Shown here piece by piece: positions 1 to 7,834 of a stretch of 64,000 nucleotides of DNA. The notes beneath the pieces were generated by a model. The model made no database searches and was not told the DNA's origin. It was given only the letters and a program-made list of their open reading frames with translations. Source of the DNA: Alphaproteobacteria bacterium MarineAlpha12_Bin1 (GTDB taxonomy: Bacteria; Pseudomonadota; Alphaproteobacteria; UBA6615); the NCBI GenBank assembly GCA_002937505.1, contig PTJY01000003.1:128060-192059 (forward strand). Reading direction: 5' to 3'. The position numbers were made by a program, and so were the translations under genes. The first letter of the stretch is position 1; every line of letters begins with the position of its first letter.

Positions 1-224
1 AAAAGCGCAACCTGTTCAAAGGATTTTTTTATAAGTTCATCAGAAACACCATGGTTAATAATATAGTAAAACCCTAAGTTCTCTTGAATATAACGAAGAT
101 CTGATGCTAACTGTTCTGCTTCTCCATCTACACCATCAATATAGCCGTAAAGATCAAGCACCGGTACTTGTTCATTCTCAACCTTTTGGACTATTAAATC
201 GGTAGGATTTGGGTTGTGCGCCAT
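1..224 (-). CDS. 2OG-Fe(II) oxygenase family protein, N-terminal part only (3' end of gene lies outside the window)
   Basis: Reverse-complement translation from ATG at 224..222 reads MAHNPNPTDLIVQKVENEQVPVLDLYGYIDGVDGEAEQLASDLRYIQENLGFYYIINHGVSDELI. This fits the non-haem dioxygenase N-terminal domain (IPVIDL, GFFyvvNHGI pattern). Same strand as and 20 nt upstream of the bicupin gene. Confidence 0.6.
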   Translation of the reverse strand, partial: MAHNPNPTDLIVQKVENEQVPVLDLYGYIDGVDGEAEQLASDLRYIQENLGFYYIINHGVSDELIKKSFEQVAL

Positions 225-244
225 TATAATTTCTGTGTTTTACC

Positions 245-1111
245 TTATTTTAGAATCTCATTTACATAGTCCCATTCAGAATACCAACGCTGTCCTCCTC
301 TACGTGGCGGCTGCGGTACTTGGACTTCCAACCATCTAGCTGGTTTACCCTTCTTTGGAAAGAAACCGTGTTGTGTTCCCACTCCTGTCCATCCATAATC
401 ACCTTCTTTAAGAGTATACTCCTGACCCTCAAACACACAATCAACCTCACCTTCCAACATAAAATATGTTTCTTCAAATGGGTGATCGTGGTGATCACAT
501 ATACCACCATCTCGGAAGTTAATTATAAACATATAAAAATGAATTGATCCTGCTTCATTATCTAACAACATTTTCATAGAAAAACCGTTCAGATATGGAC
601 TAATTTCAGTAGAGGGGGGTTGATTTTTAACGTTATAGTTACCCATGCCACTCAACCGGGGATCATCTAGCGTAAGTTTCGATATTTTTTCAGGCCAAAT
701 GACGGGCCCAGAAAGCCATGTGTCCTGCCATTGACCAGGGTCTTTTGGTTGTGGAGATTCAACCACTACCCAGCGGACATCACTTTTTGAGCTATTACGC
801 CAAGCATGAGGAACTGCAGTAGGAATTAGTGCAAAATCACCCTTACTTAACTCATAAGACTCTTCTCCTCGCATTAGATCTAAATTACCATCTAAAACAA
901 ACAGACCCTTTTCAAATGCATTGGTTATCATTTCCGTGTTCCCTCCCGGAAGCAACGACATAACACCAAAGCCAGTATGAACCGATCCAGCTCGACGATT
1001 AATAAACGGAGAGTAAAGCAGTCCAGAAGAGTTTTTCTCATAAACAGGATGAGGAGACAAATCAGAATCCGAGAAACTGCCAACTTTATGTCTATAATCT
1101 TTATTCATCAT
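245..1111 (-). CDS. bicupin-domain protein (two cupin barrels; C-terminal barrel has an HxHx3Ex6G metal motif)
   Basis: 288-aa ORF. C-terminal barrel contains CDHHDHPFEETYFMLEGE, the generic cupin motif 1. The N-terminal half has a second cupin-like signature (GDFALIPTAVPHAW). Confidence 0.55.
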   Translation of the reverse strand: MMNKDYRHKVGSFSDSDLSPHPVYEKNSSGLLYSPFINRRAGSVHTGFGVMSLLPGGNTEMITNAFEKGLFVLDGNLDLMRGEESYELSKGDFALIPTAVPHAWRNSSKSDVRWVVVESPQPKDPGQWQDTWLSGPVIWPEKISKLTLDDPRLSGMGNYNVKNQPPSTEISPYLNGFSMKMLLDNEAGSIHFYMFIINFRDGGICDHHDHPFEETYFMLEGEVDCVFEGQEYTLKEGDYGWTGVGTQHGFFPKKGKPARWLEVQVPQPPRRGGQRWYSEWDYVNEILK

Positions 1112-1132
1112 TTTTCCATTATTCGATTTTTT

Positions 1133-1516
1133 TTAAACTCGTCGACCAGATGTGTGAGAAGACGTAATTTTGAAAGACCAATTATCAGGGCCAGAAATTA
1201 TAAATGAACTATGTACTTTTCCTGTACTAATTTTCGAAGGTTTTAATCCCATCTTTTTATAAAGATTCCGGGACTCATTTATGTCATCCACCATTAGATC
1301 AAAAGGTGCTATTGTATTCTTTGCCCGTCTTCTGGAGGACGTCTCTAATATCAAGTGGGTTCCTCCACGTAGCTCTAGAACAGCAAATGTTTTTTTCTGA
1401 AAAACTTTTCTAAGGCCTAAAGATTGCATAAACAAACTAGTTGACGGCACATCTTTTGTAATAAGGTTAATATGGCCAATAGCTACCGGGGGACGTTTAT
1501 CTTTTTTATTATTCAT
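1133..1516 (-). CDS. VOC / glyoxalase-bleomycin-resistance-dioxygenase family protein
   Basis: 127-aa ORF. IGHINLITKDVPSTSLFM ... LELRGGTHLIL resembles the paired beta-alpha-beta-beta-beta VOC fold. Sits in an apparent operon with the bicupin and 2OG-oxygenase genes. Confidence 0.55.
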   Translation of the reverse strand: MNNKKDKRPPVAIGHINLITKDVPSTSLFMQSLGLRKVFQKKTFAVLELRGGTHLILETSSRRRAKNTIAPFDLMVDDINESRNLYKKMGLKPSKISTGKVHSSFIISGPDNWSFKITSSHTSGRRV

Positions 1517-1676
1517 TTTTTTCTTTCAAGGGCATTAATTATTTTTAAGCTCTTATAATCATGTACAATCTACAGCTTAAGAATGAATCACTCAAGATTA
1601 TGAGCCTCTTGGGTCTACAATGATAAAGCCGATTAAGGATTATAATTTTGAACGACAAATTTAGGAGAGCATAAAA

Positions 1677-2444
1677 ATGCGTGGGCTAGATAACAAAGTT
1701 GCAGTAGTAACAGGTGGAAGTGGAGCAATAGGAAGATCTATTTGTCGTCGTTTTGCTGAAGAAGGGACACACATTGGTATTTTTGATATAAATGAAGAGA
1801 GCGCCCTAGAAACAGTCCAACTTATAGAGAGCTCTGGAGGTAAAGCGTCAGCATACAAAGTGGATATTACTGACTATGCTGCTGTAAAAAAATCAAAAGA
1901 AATATTTGAAGATGAAGCGGGATCAACAGACATACTGATTAACAACGCTGGTTGGGACCGTTTAGTGAACTTTCTAGATACTAAACCAACATTTTGGGAT
2001 CAAATTATTTCTATTAATTTAGTAGGAGCATTGAATATGCACCATATTTTCCTTCCCAGCATGGTAAGCAATGGTACAGGAAAGATAGTGAATATTGCAT
2101 CTGATGCTGGACGAGTTGGCTCAAGTGGTGAAGCTGTTTACTCTGCATGCAAGGGAGGAATAATAGCCTTTACCAAGACTCTCGCCAGAGAAGTTGCTAA
2201 GACGGGCATCTGCTGCAATGTGGTGGCTCCTGGGCCTATTGATACACCCCTACTAAGATCTATGACACCAGACGGCAATTTGGATGCAGGACTAGGTAAA
2301 GCATTTAAAAGGGCGATACCCATGAGACGCATAGGTGAACCAGATGATATACCAGGCATTGTAGCTTTCCTCTCCAGTAGCGAAGCCGATTATATAACTG
2401 GTCAGGTTATAAGCGTATCTGGAGGACTTACTATGCACGGGTAA
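1677..2444 (+). CDS. SDR-family oxidoreductase, BadH-like (2-hydroxycyclohexanecarboxyl-CoA dehydrogenase-like)
   Basis: SD sequence AGGAGAG upstream. TGGSGAIG Rossmann motif, NNAGWD, IVNIASDAGRVGSSGEAVYSACKGG (catalytic YxxxK) and GQVISVSGGLTMHG. These motifs closely match my recollection of Rhodopseudomonas BadH. Confidence 0.75.
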   Translation: MRGLDNKVAVVTGGSGAIGRSICRRFAEEGTHIGIFDINEESALETVQLIESSGGKASAYKVDITDYAAVKKSKEIFEDEAGSTDILINNAGWDRLVNFLDTKPTFWDQIISINLVGALNMHHIFLPSMVSNGTGKIVNIASDAGRVGSSGEAVYSACKGGIIAFTKTLAREVAKTGICCNVVAPGPIDTPLLRSMTPDGNLDAGLGKAFKRAIPMRRIGEPDDIPGIVAFLSSSEADYITGQVISVSGGLTMHG

Positions 2445-2505
2445 CCATTTCCAATTAAATAAAGAGAAAAAACATAAAACCTATAGTGTATGGGAGAATA
2501 TTCTA

Positions 2506-3300
2506 ATGAATTATGATGATATTATTTATGTAAAAGACTCTGGTATTGCCACCATTACAATCAACAGGCCAAAAGTATATAACGCCTTTCGCGCTCAAAC
2601 CGTGGTTGAGCTGATTGACGCCTTTCAGGACGCAGGATGGGATCGTGAAATAGGTGTGGTCGTGTTAACTGGAAGTGGAGATAAGGCATTCAGTACTGGC
2701 GGCGACCAATCAATCGACAGCAAAGGCAGCGGTGTGTATGGACAACTACGCGGTACTATTGGTATGCCAATAAATGAATTACAAGCCTTGATGAGAGATA
2801 TACCTAAACCAGTTATCGCTAAAGTGAGGGGATACGCAATTGGTGGGGGTAATGTCCTTGCTACAATCTGTGACATGACAATAGCATCAGAAAACGCAAA
2901 ATTCGGCCAAGTTGGACCCAAAATGGGATCCGTGGACCCAGGCTGGGGTACAGCTTATTTAGCTCATATCGTGGGAGAAAAGAAAGCAAGAGAAATTTGG
3001 TACATGTGTCGTCAATACACAGCCCAAGAAGCAGAAGTAATGGGATTAGTTAATAAAGTTGTACCTGACGACTGCCTGGATGACGAAGTAAATAGTTGGT
3101 GTCAAGAGCTAGTTGAACGAAGCCCAACGGCAATTGCAATCGCCAAGCGTTCTTTTAACGCAGATACAGATCATATTAACGGAATAGGTGCTATGGGAAT
3201 GGAATCTCTGCGTCTGTACTATGAAACCGAGGAATCTAAAGAGGGGGGTAATTCCTTCCGAGAAAAACGTAAACCTGAGTTCCGAAAATATGTGAAGTAA
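2506..3300 (+). CDS. crotonase-superfamily enzyme of the MenB/BadI family (1,4-dihydroxy-2-naphthoyl-CoA synthase / 2-ketocyclohexanecarboxyl-CoA hydrolase-like)
   Basis: Near-colinear with E. coli MenB over its whole length: FSTGGDQ, PKPVIAKVRGYAIGGGNVL, FGQVGPKMGSVDPGWG, KKAREIWYMCRQY, EGGNSFREKRKPEF. GGGAGAA SD sequence. 58 nt downstream of the BadH-like SDR. Confidence 0.8.
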   Translation: MNYDDIIYVKDSGIATITINRPKVYNAFRAQTVVELIDAFQDAGWDREIGVVVLTGSGDKAFSTGGDQSIDSKGSGVYGQLRGTIGMPINELQALMRDIPKPVIAKVRGYAIGGGNVLATICDMTIASENAKFGQVGPKMGSVDPGWGTAYLAHIVGEKKAREIWYMCRQYTAQEAEVMGLVNKVVPDDCLDDEVNSWCQELVERSPTAIAIAKRSFNADTDHINGIGAMGMESLRLYYETEESKEGGNSFREKRKPEFRKYVK

Positions 3301-3358
3301 TAACAATTACCTAATCCATATATTACAACACGCTAAAGATGTTTAAAGGAGAAGAAAA

Positions 3359-3670
3359 ATGCCTGCGTATTGGTTAGCTAGAGCTCAAATCAATGACCCT
3401 ATTGAGTATAAAAAGTATACTGACAAACTGCCTCCATTGTTTGAAAAATATAACGCAAAAGTTCTAACAAGAGGTGGAGACTTTAGAGTACTTGAAGGGA
3501 GCTCTCCCCCATTTGAACGTTTCGTGGTAGTAGAGTTTGAATCACTAGACTCAGCAGAAACATTTTTTAACTCTGATGAATACACCAATGCTGCAGCTTT
3601 CCGAAGAGCACCTGGAATAGCTAATAATGAACTGATAATTGTTGAAGGTGGTGATTTTACCCCAGTTTAG
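3359..3670 (+). CDS. DUF1330-domain protein
   Basis: 103-aa ORF with AAGGAGAAG SD sequence. Sequence MPAYWLARAQINDP ... FVVVEFESLDSAETFFNSDEY is typical of DUF1330. Confidence 0.55.
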   Translation: MPAYWLARAQINDPIEYKKYTDKLPPLFEKYNAKVLTRGGDFRVLEGSSPPFERFVVVEFESLDSAETFFNSDEYTNAAAFRRAPGIANNELIIVEGGDFTPV

Positions 3671-3693
3671 ATAATACGTATATTTGTGTTAGC

Positions 3694-3912
3694 TCATTTT
3701 TTTCTAATTACAAAAGTTAACACATTATCTTCTTCAATAGCGCTTTCTAAAGTGTCTCCTGTAGCCGAACAAAAGTGCTTAAAATCCTTCAATGCTCCCG
3801 GATCTGTAGCAATCACTTTTAGGTGCTCTCCAGGATTAACATTTTTTATTGCCCTTTTAGCCTTTAGAACTGGTAGAGGACATTTAAGGCCAGAAGTATC
3901 TAATACTTGCAT
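3694..3912 (-). CDS. tusA: TusA-like sulfur-carrier protein
   Basis: 72-aa ORF with the LDTSGLKCPLPVLKAKRAI CPxP motif characteristic of the TusA/SirA family. Confidence 0.7.
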   Translation of the reverse strand: MQVLDTSGLKCPLPVLKAKRAIKNVNPGEHLKVIATDPGALKDFKHFCSATGDTLESAIEEDNVLTFVIRKK

Positions 3913-4067
3913 GAATTAGTCCGTTTCTAATTTTAACCAAAGGTTGATTGTTTTACCCAAAACTAATCAAGTGTGAATTATAAGTTTACTTGATTATACA
4001 TAAAGTATAAGCCAATAATCGGCTATAGTAATTAAAAAGGGTGCATTAAAAAACAAAGGCCGAAAAA

Positions 4068-4403
4068 ATGTCAAATCAGGTCAAGTTCTTAGAGCCTATA
4101 GAGGTGCTAAAAAAAATTAGAACGGGGTCCGCCTATGTTGTTGATGTAAGGGAACCTCATGAGCATGCCCAATCACACATAAAAAATGTTCCCCTGATGT
4201 CGCTGTCTAAATTTAATCCTAAAGAAATAAAACCAGCAGAAAATCAGTTGCTTATCCTTCACTGTAGAAGCGGACATCGATGTGGCATAGTATCAGATCA
4301 ACTTATTGCGTCTGGCTACAAGGGATTGATTTATCGTATGAGCGGTGGATTACTTGCTTGGGAAAAGGCTGGATTGCCATTGGAAACTAATATAACTAAC
4401 TGA
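4068..4403 (+). CDS. single-domain rhodanese (thiosulfate sulfurtransferase-like)
   Basis: 111-aa ORF. Active-site loop HCRSGHRCG (Cys followed by basic residues) is typical of the catalytic rhodanese domain. Confidence 0.7.
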   Translation: MSNQVKFLEPIEVLKKIRTGSAYVVDVREPHEHAQSHIKNVPLMSLSKFNPKEIKPAENQLLILHCRSGHRCGIVSDQLIASGYKGLIYRMSGGLLAWEKAGLPLETNITN

Positions 4404-4443
4404 GTATTATTACCATTTTCATTCTACCAAAGTCAGCCAATTA

Positions 4444-5370
4444 ATGAATATTTACTTACCGATAGCAGAAATGTCGGTTGACGTTTTTCTCATCTTGGGA
4501 TTGGGAGGAGCGGTTGGATTTTTATCAGGATTATTTGGTGTAGGCGGCGGTTTCTTAATGACACCATTATTAATTTTTATCGGGATACCACCTGCAGTAT
4601 CTGTTGCGACTGAAGCCAATCAAATAGTCGCCGCATCAGTCTCAGGTGCTTTAGCACATATGCGACGACGGAATGTAGACTTTAAAATGGGATTAGTGCT
4701 TACCGCGGGAGGCTTTGTGGGCTCTGGGGTAGGTGTTTTAATATTCACTTTATTGCGGCAAGTGGGTCAGGTGGATCTTCTTATAGCAGCTAGTTACGTG
4801 GTTATGCTGGCGGCAATCGGGTCATTGATGCTTTTTGAAAGTAGTAGAACTATACTCAGACGCCAAGCAGGAACGGCAACTAGAGGAAAACTGCACCAAC
4901 ACATGTGGCTCCACGGGCTTCCTTTCAAAATGAGATTTAGGCGTTCTAGACTTTACATAAGTGCCATTTTACCTCTGGGCATAGGCTTCATAGTTGGTAT
5001 TCTAGCAGCAATAATGGGCGTTGGAGGTGGGTTTATCATGGTTCCTGCTATGATTTATCTGCTTGGAATGCCCACAGCTATTGTGGTTGGAACTTCTCTT
5101 TTTCAAATTATTTTTGTTACTTCTAGTGTTACCTTTCTTCAAGCAACTACTAATCAAACTGTTGATATTGTTTTAGCTCTATTGTTACTTACGGGAGCAG
5201 TAATTGGAGCTCAGTTTGGCACCAAAGTTGGAACTAGATTACGAGGTGAGCAGCTTCGTGGACTTTTAGCAATTTTAGTACTCGTCGTTTGTGGAAAAAT
5301 TGCTTACGATTTAGTATCTACTCCAATTGATTTATTTTCCATTAGCGAAATCACAGGATTTACAAGATGA
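4444..5370 (+). CDS. TauE/SafE (DUF81) family sulfite/anion exporter
   Basis: 308-aa polytopic membrane protein with two internally repeated halves. GGGFLMTPLLIFIGIPP and GGGFIMVPAMIYLLGMP are the hallmark DUF81 repeats. Confidence 0.75.
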   Translation: MNIYLPIAEMSVDVFLILGLGGAVGFLSGLFGVGGGFLMTPLLIFIGIPPAVSVATEANQIVAASVSGALAHMRRRNVDFKMGLVLTAGGFVGSGVGVLIFTLLRQVGQVDLLIAASYVVMLAAIGSLMLFESSRTILRRQAGTATRGKLHQHMWLHGLPFKMRFRRSRLYISAILPLGIGFIVGILAAIMGVGGGFIMVPAMIYLLGMPTAIVVGTSLFQIIFVTSSVTFLQATTNQTVDIVLALLLLTGAVIGAQFGTKVGTRLRGEQLRGLLAILVLVVCGKIAYDLVSTPIDLFSISEITGFTR

Positions 5371-6146
5371 ACAAATTCTGTAGTTCCCTGGTGATTTTAG
5401 TAGTCGCTTTGTGTTTGGTCAAAGAACAAGCAAACAGCGAAGAGATTAAAAATAAGAATAAATTAATTTATTCAGCTTTAGTCGCAGACCTTAGCGAAGA
5501 CCTTATAGCAATAACAACGAGGTTTACGGGAACCGAAGTGTTGTTATTTGGAGCCACTAACGGCATAGGTGACATAATTGTTGTGGTTAGGGCCCCGAAC
5601 AGCGAAGTAACCGTTCGCCAAAAAGGAAGAGTTGGAGGGGTTTGGATAAACAAAGAGGGCATCATATTTAACAACGTTCCTGGTTTTTATCACCTCGCCT
5701 CTTCACGACCTATAGATGAATTACTGCCCCAAGCTGTACTAAAAAAAGAACAAATTGGAGCAGAAAACCTTTCGGTAGTTCCAGTAACAGCGGCCCACGG
5801 CATAGATATTTCATCGTATAAGAAAGCATTAATAAGAAACAAAAAAAGATCTGGTTTATATAATACTCAACCAGGAAAAATCACTTTTCTAAGTAATCGA
5901 CTTTTCAAAACAAGCGTTGACTTTCCATCAAGTGTTCCCATTGGAAAATATTCTGCAGTTGTATACCTAGTAGATAACGGTACAATTATTGATAGAACCA
6001 AAACTCCATTACAAGTGCAAAAAACGGGATTTGAGGCTAAAGTGTTCGAGTTTGCCAATAATCAGCCGTCCTATTACGGTATAGTGGCGGTTGTTATTGC
6101 GTTGTTTGCTGGTTGGCTAGCAAGCGTCATGTTCCGAAATGTATAG
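5367..6146 (+). CDS. TIGR02186-family protein (alphaproteobacterial partner of DUF81 transporters); signal peptide plus C-terminal TM anchor
   Basis: Start codon overlaps the TauE stop (ATGA). N-terminal signal-like MNKFCSSLVILVVALCLV and a C-terminal hydrophobic helix. Assignment rests on the conserved adjacency to DUF81. Confidence 0.45.
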   Translation: MNKFCSSLVILVVALCLVKEQANSEEIKNKNKLIYSALVADLSEDLIAITTRFTGTEVLLFGATNGIGDIIVVVRAPNSEVTVRQKGRVGGVWINKEGIIFNNVPGFYHLASSRPIDELLPQAVLKKEQIGAENLSVVPVTAAHGIDISSYKKALIRNKKRSGLYNTQPGKITFLSNRLFKTSVDFPSSVPIGKYSAVVYLVDNGTIIDRTKTPLQVQKTGFEAKVFEFANNQPSYYGIVAVVIALFAGWLASVMFRNV

Positions 6147-6195
6147 ACTTATTAAGCCTTTTATCCAAATGGATTAACAAAGCAATGAAACAATA

Positions 6196-6687
6196 ATGGT
6201 AGATTTAAATAATAACTTTGATCAGCTGAAAGTCTTTTTAGTTGTCGTAGATAATACTTCTGAAATGCGATTAGCGCTTAGATACGCCAGTTTAAGAGCC
6301 AAAAAAACAGGAGGACGAGTTGGCTTATTACGTGTTGTTAGAAAGGCTGACTTCCAGCACTGGGCTGCAATAGGAAATTTGATGAGGGAAGAAGCTAGAG
6401 AACAGGCTGAACAATTATTACAAGAACATGCAGCAACTGTGTTGGAGCTTACTGATGGAGAAATACCGATTCTCTACATAAAAGAAGGAGATGCTAAATC
6501 TGCTTTACTAAACTTAATAAATGAAGATAGACAAATTTGTCTTCTAATTTTAGCTGCTTCAACAAACAGGCGTGGACCAGGACCCCTTATCACGCATTTA
6601 ACAAAAAAAGTTATCGGACAACTCCGCATTCCAATAACCATAGTCCCTGGAGGTCTAACCAACGAAGAAATTGACAAATTAGTATAA
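6196..6687 (+). CDS. universal stress protein (UspA)-like alpha/beta protein
   Basis: 163-aa ORF with alternating beta-strand and helix pattern (LKVFLVVVD ... ICLLILAAS ... IPITIVPGG). Same strand and cluster as the transporters. Confidence 0.45.
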   Translation: MVDLNNNFDQLKVFLVVVDNTSEMRLALRYASLRAKKTGGRVGLLRVVRKADFQHWAAIGNLMREEAREQAEQLLQEHAATVLELTDGEIPILYIKEGDAKSALLNLINEDRQICLLILAASTNRRGPGPLITHLTKKVIGQLRIPITIVPGGLTNEEIDKLV

Positions 6688-6712
6688 AAAGATAAACAAG
6701 GATTAACCGAAA

Positions 6713-7795
6713 TTGTTCAGATTAAATTCTTTATTGCCCGGTATATTGCTCTCCACTGTAATATATTTATTAGCTGATATTATAAGTGGCTTTATAGGCA
6801 AACAAATCTTTTTTTATGACAGAAGTCCAATATCTACGGTGTTACTAGCAATATTAATTGGCATTACTGTTAACAATTTTATAAAAATAGGAGAGACCTT
6901 TTCAAAGGGAATTAATTTCTCTTTAAAGTTTATTCTACGACTTGGAATTATCCTACTAGGAATTCGTATTAGCATTTCAGACGTTCTTATATATGGGTCA
7001 GTTTCAATACCTTTAATTGTCATTTGTATAATATCGGTTTTGTTGTTTGTACGTTTTAGTATCAAACACCTAAATATTACATCTGAAATGTCCTACTTAA
7101 TAGCTATAGGAACATCCATCTGTGGTGTTAGTGCTATTGTGGCAATGGCACCTGTTATAAATGCTAAGAGGGGAGAAATAGCGTATGCAATAGCAAATAT
7201 AACAATTTTTGGCATGCTTGGAATGTTAATCTATCCTTATTTAGCAAACTTTATATTTGATGGAGGAGAAAACTCTATTGGACTTTTCTTAGGCACAGCA
7301 ATTCATGATACCGCTCAGGTAATAGCATCAGGGCTGATTTATGAGCAGCAGTTTGCCAATACGAAAGTTATAGAAGTGTCAACAATAACAAAACTTGTAA
7401 GGAACACTTTTTTATTACTAATGATCCCTCTTTTTGCTTATTTCTATAATAAGGAAAAAAATAGTAAAGATTACTCGACCAAAGGGATATTTCCACTATT
7501 TGTAGTAGGATTTCTACTAATGGTGATTTTACGTACAACGGGTGATGAGTTAATTACTAACAGAGGACTTTTTATAGACCCCAGTCTATGGGATCAGGCC
7601 GTATCCCAACTTAAAGAGCTTTCTGTTGTATTCCTGAGTATTGCAATGGCGGCGTTAGGGCTATCAATAAACATCAAAGAGTTAAAAGATATGGGGTACA
7701 AACCGTTCGTCGTTGGCTTTTCTGCTGCAGCTATTGTTGGTGTAGTTAGCATTATTACTATTACAATATTCAATAAAATAAATCTTATTCTTTAA
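6713..7795 (+). CDS. YeiH/UPF0324 (putative sulfate exporter, PSE) family membrane protein
   Basis: 360-aa polytopic protein. TTG start with AAGGA 12 nt upstream. N-terminal region and overall hydropathy are typical of YeiH. Confidence 0.6.
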   Translation: MFRLNSLLPGILLSTVIYLLADIISGFIGKQIFFYDRSPISTVLLAILIGITVNNFIKIGETFSKGINFSLKFILRLGIILLGIRISISDVLIYGSVSIPLIVICIISVLLFVRFSIKHLNITSEMSYLIAIGTSICGVSAIVAMAPVINAKRGEIAYAIANITIFGMLGMLIYPYLANFIFDGGENSIGLFLGTAIHDTAQVIASGLIYEQQFANTKVIEVSTITKLVRNTFLLLMIPLFAYFYNKEKNSKDYSTKGIFPLFVVGFLLMVILRTTGDELITNRGLFIDPSLWDQAVSQLKELSVVFLSIAMAALGLSINIKELKDMGYKPFVVGFSAAAIVGVVSIITITIFNKINLIL

Positions 7796-7834
7796 AGCGA
7801 GTTTTCACCGCAAGGATGTTAACCTAATAATTCA

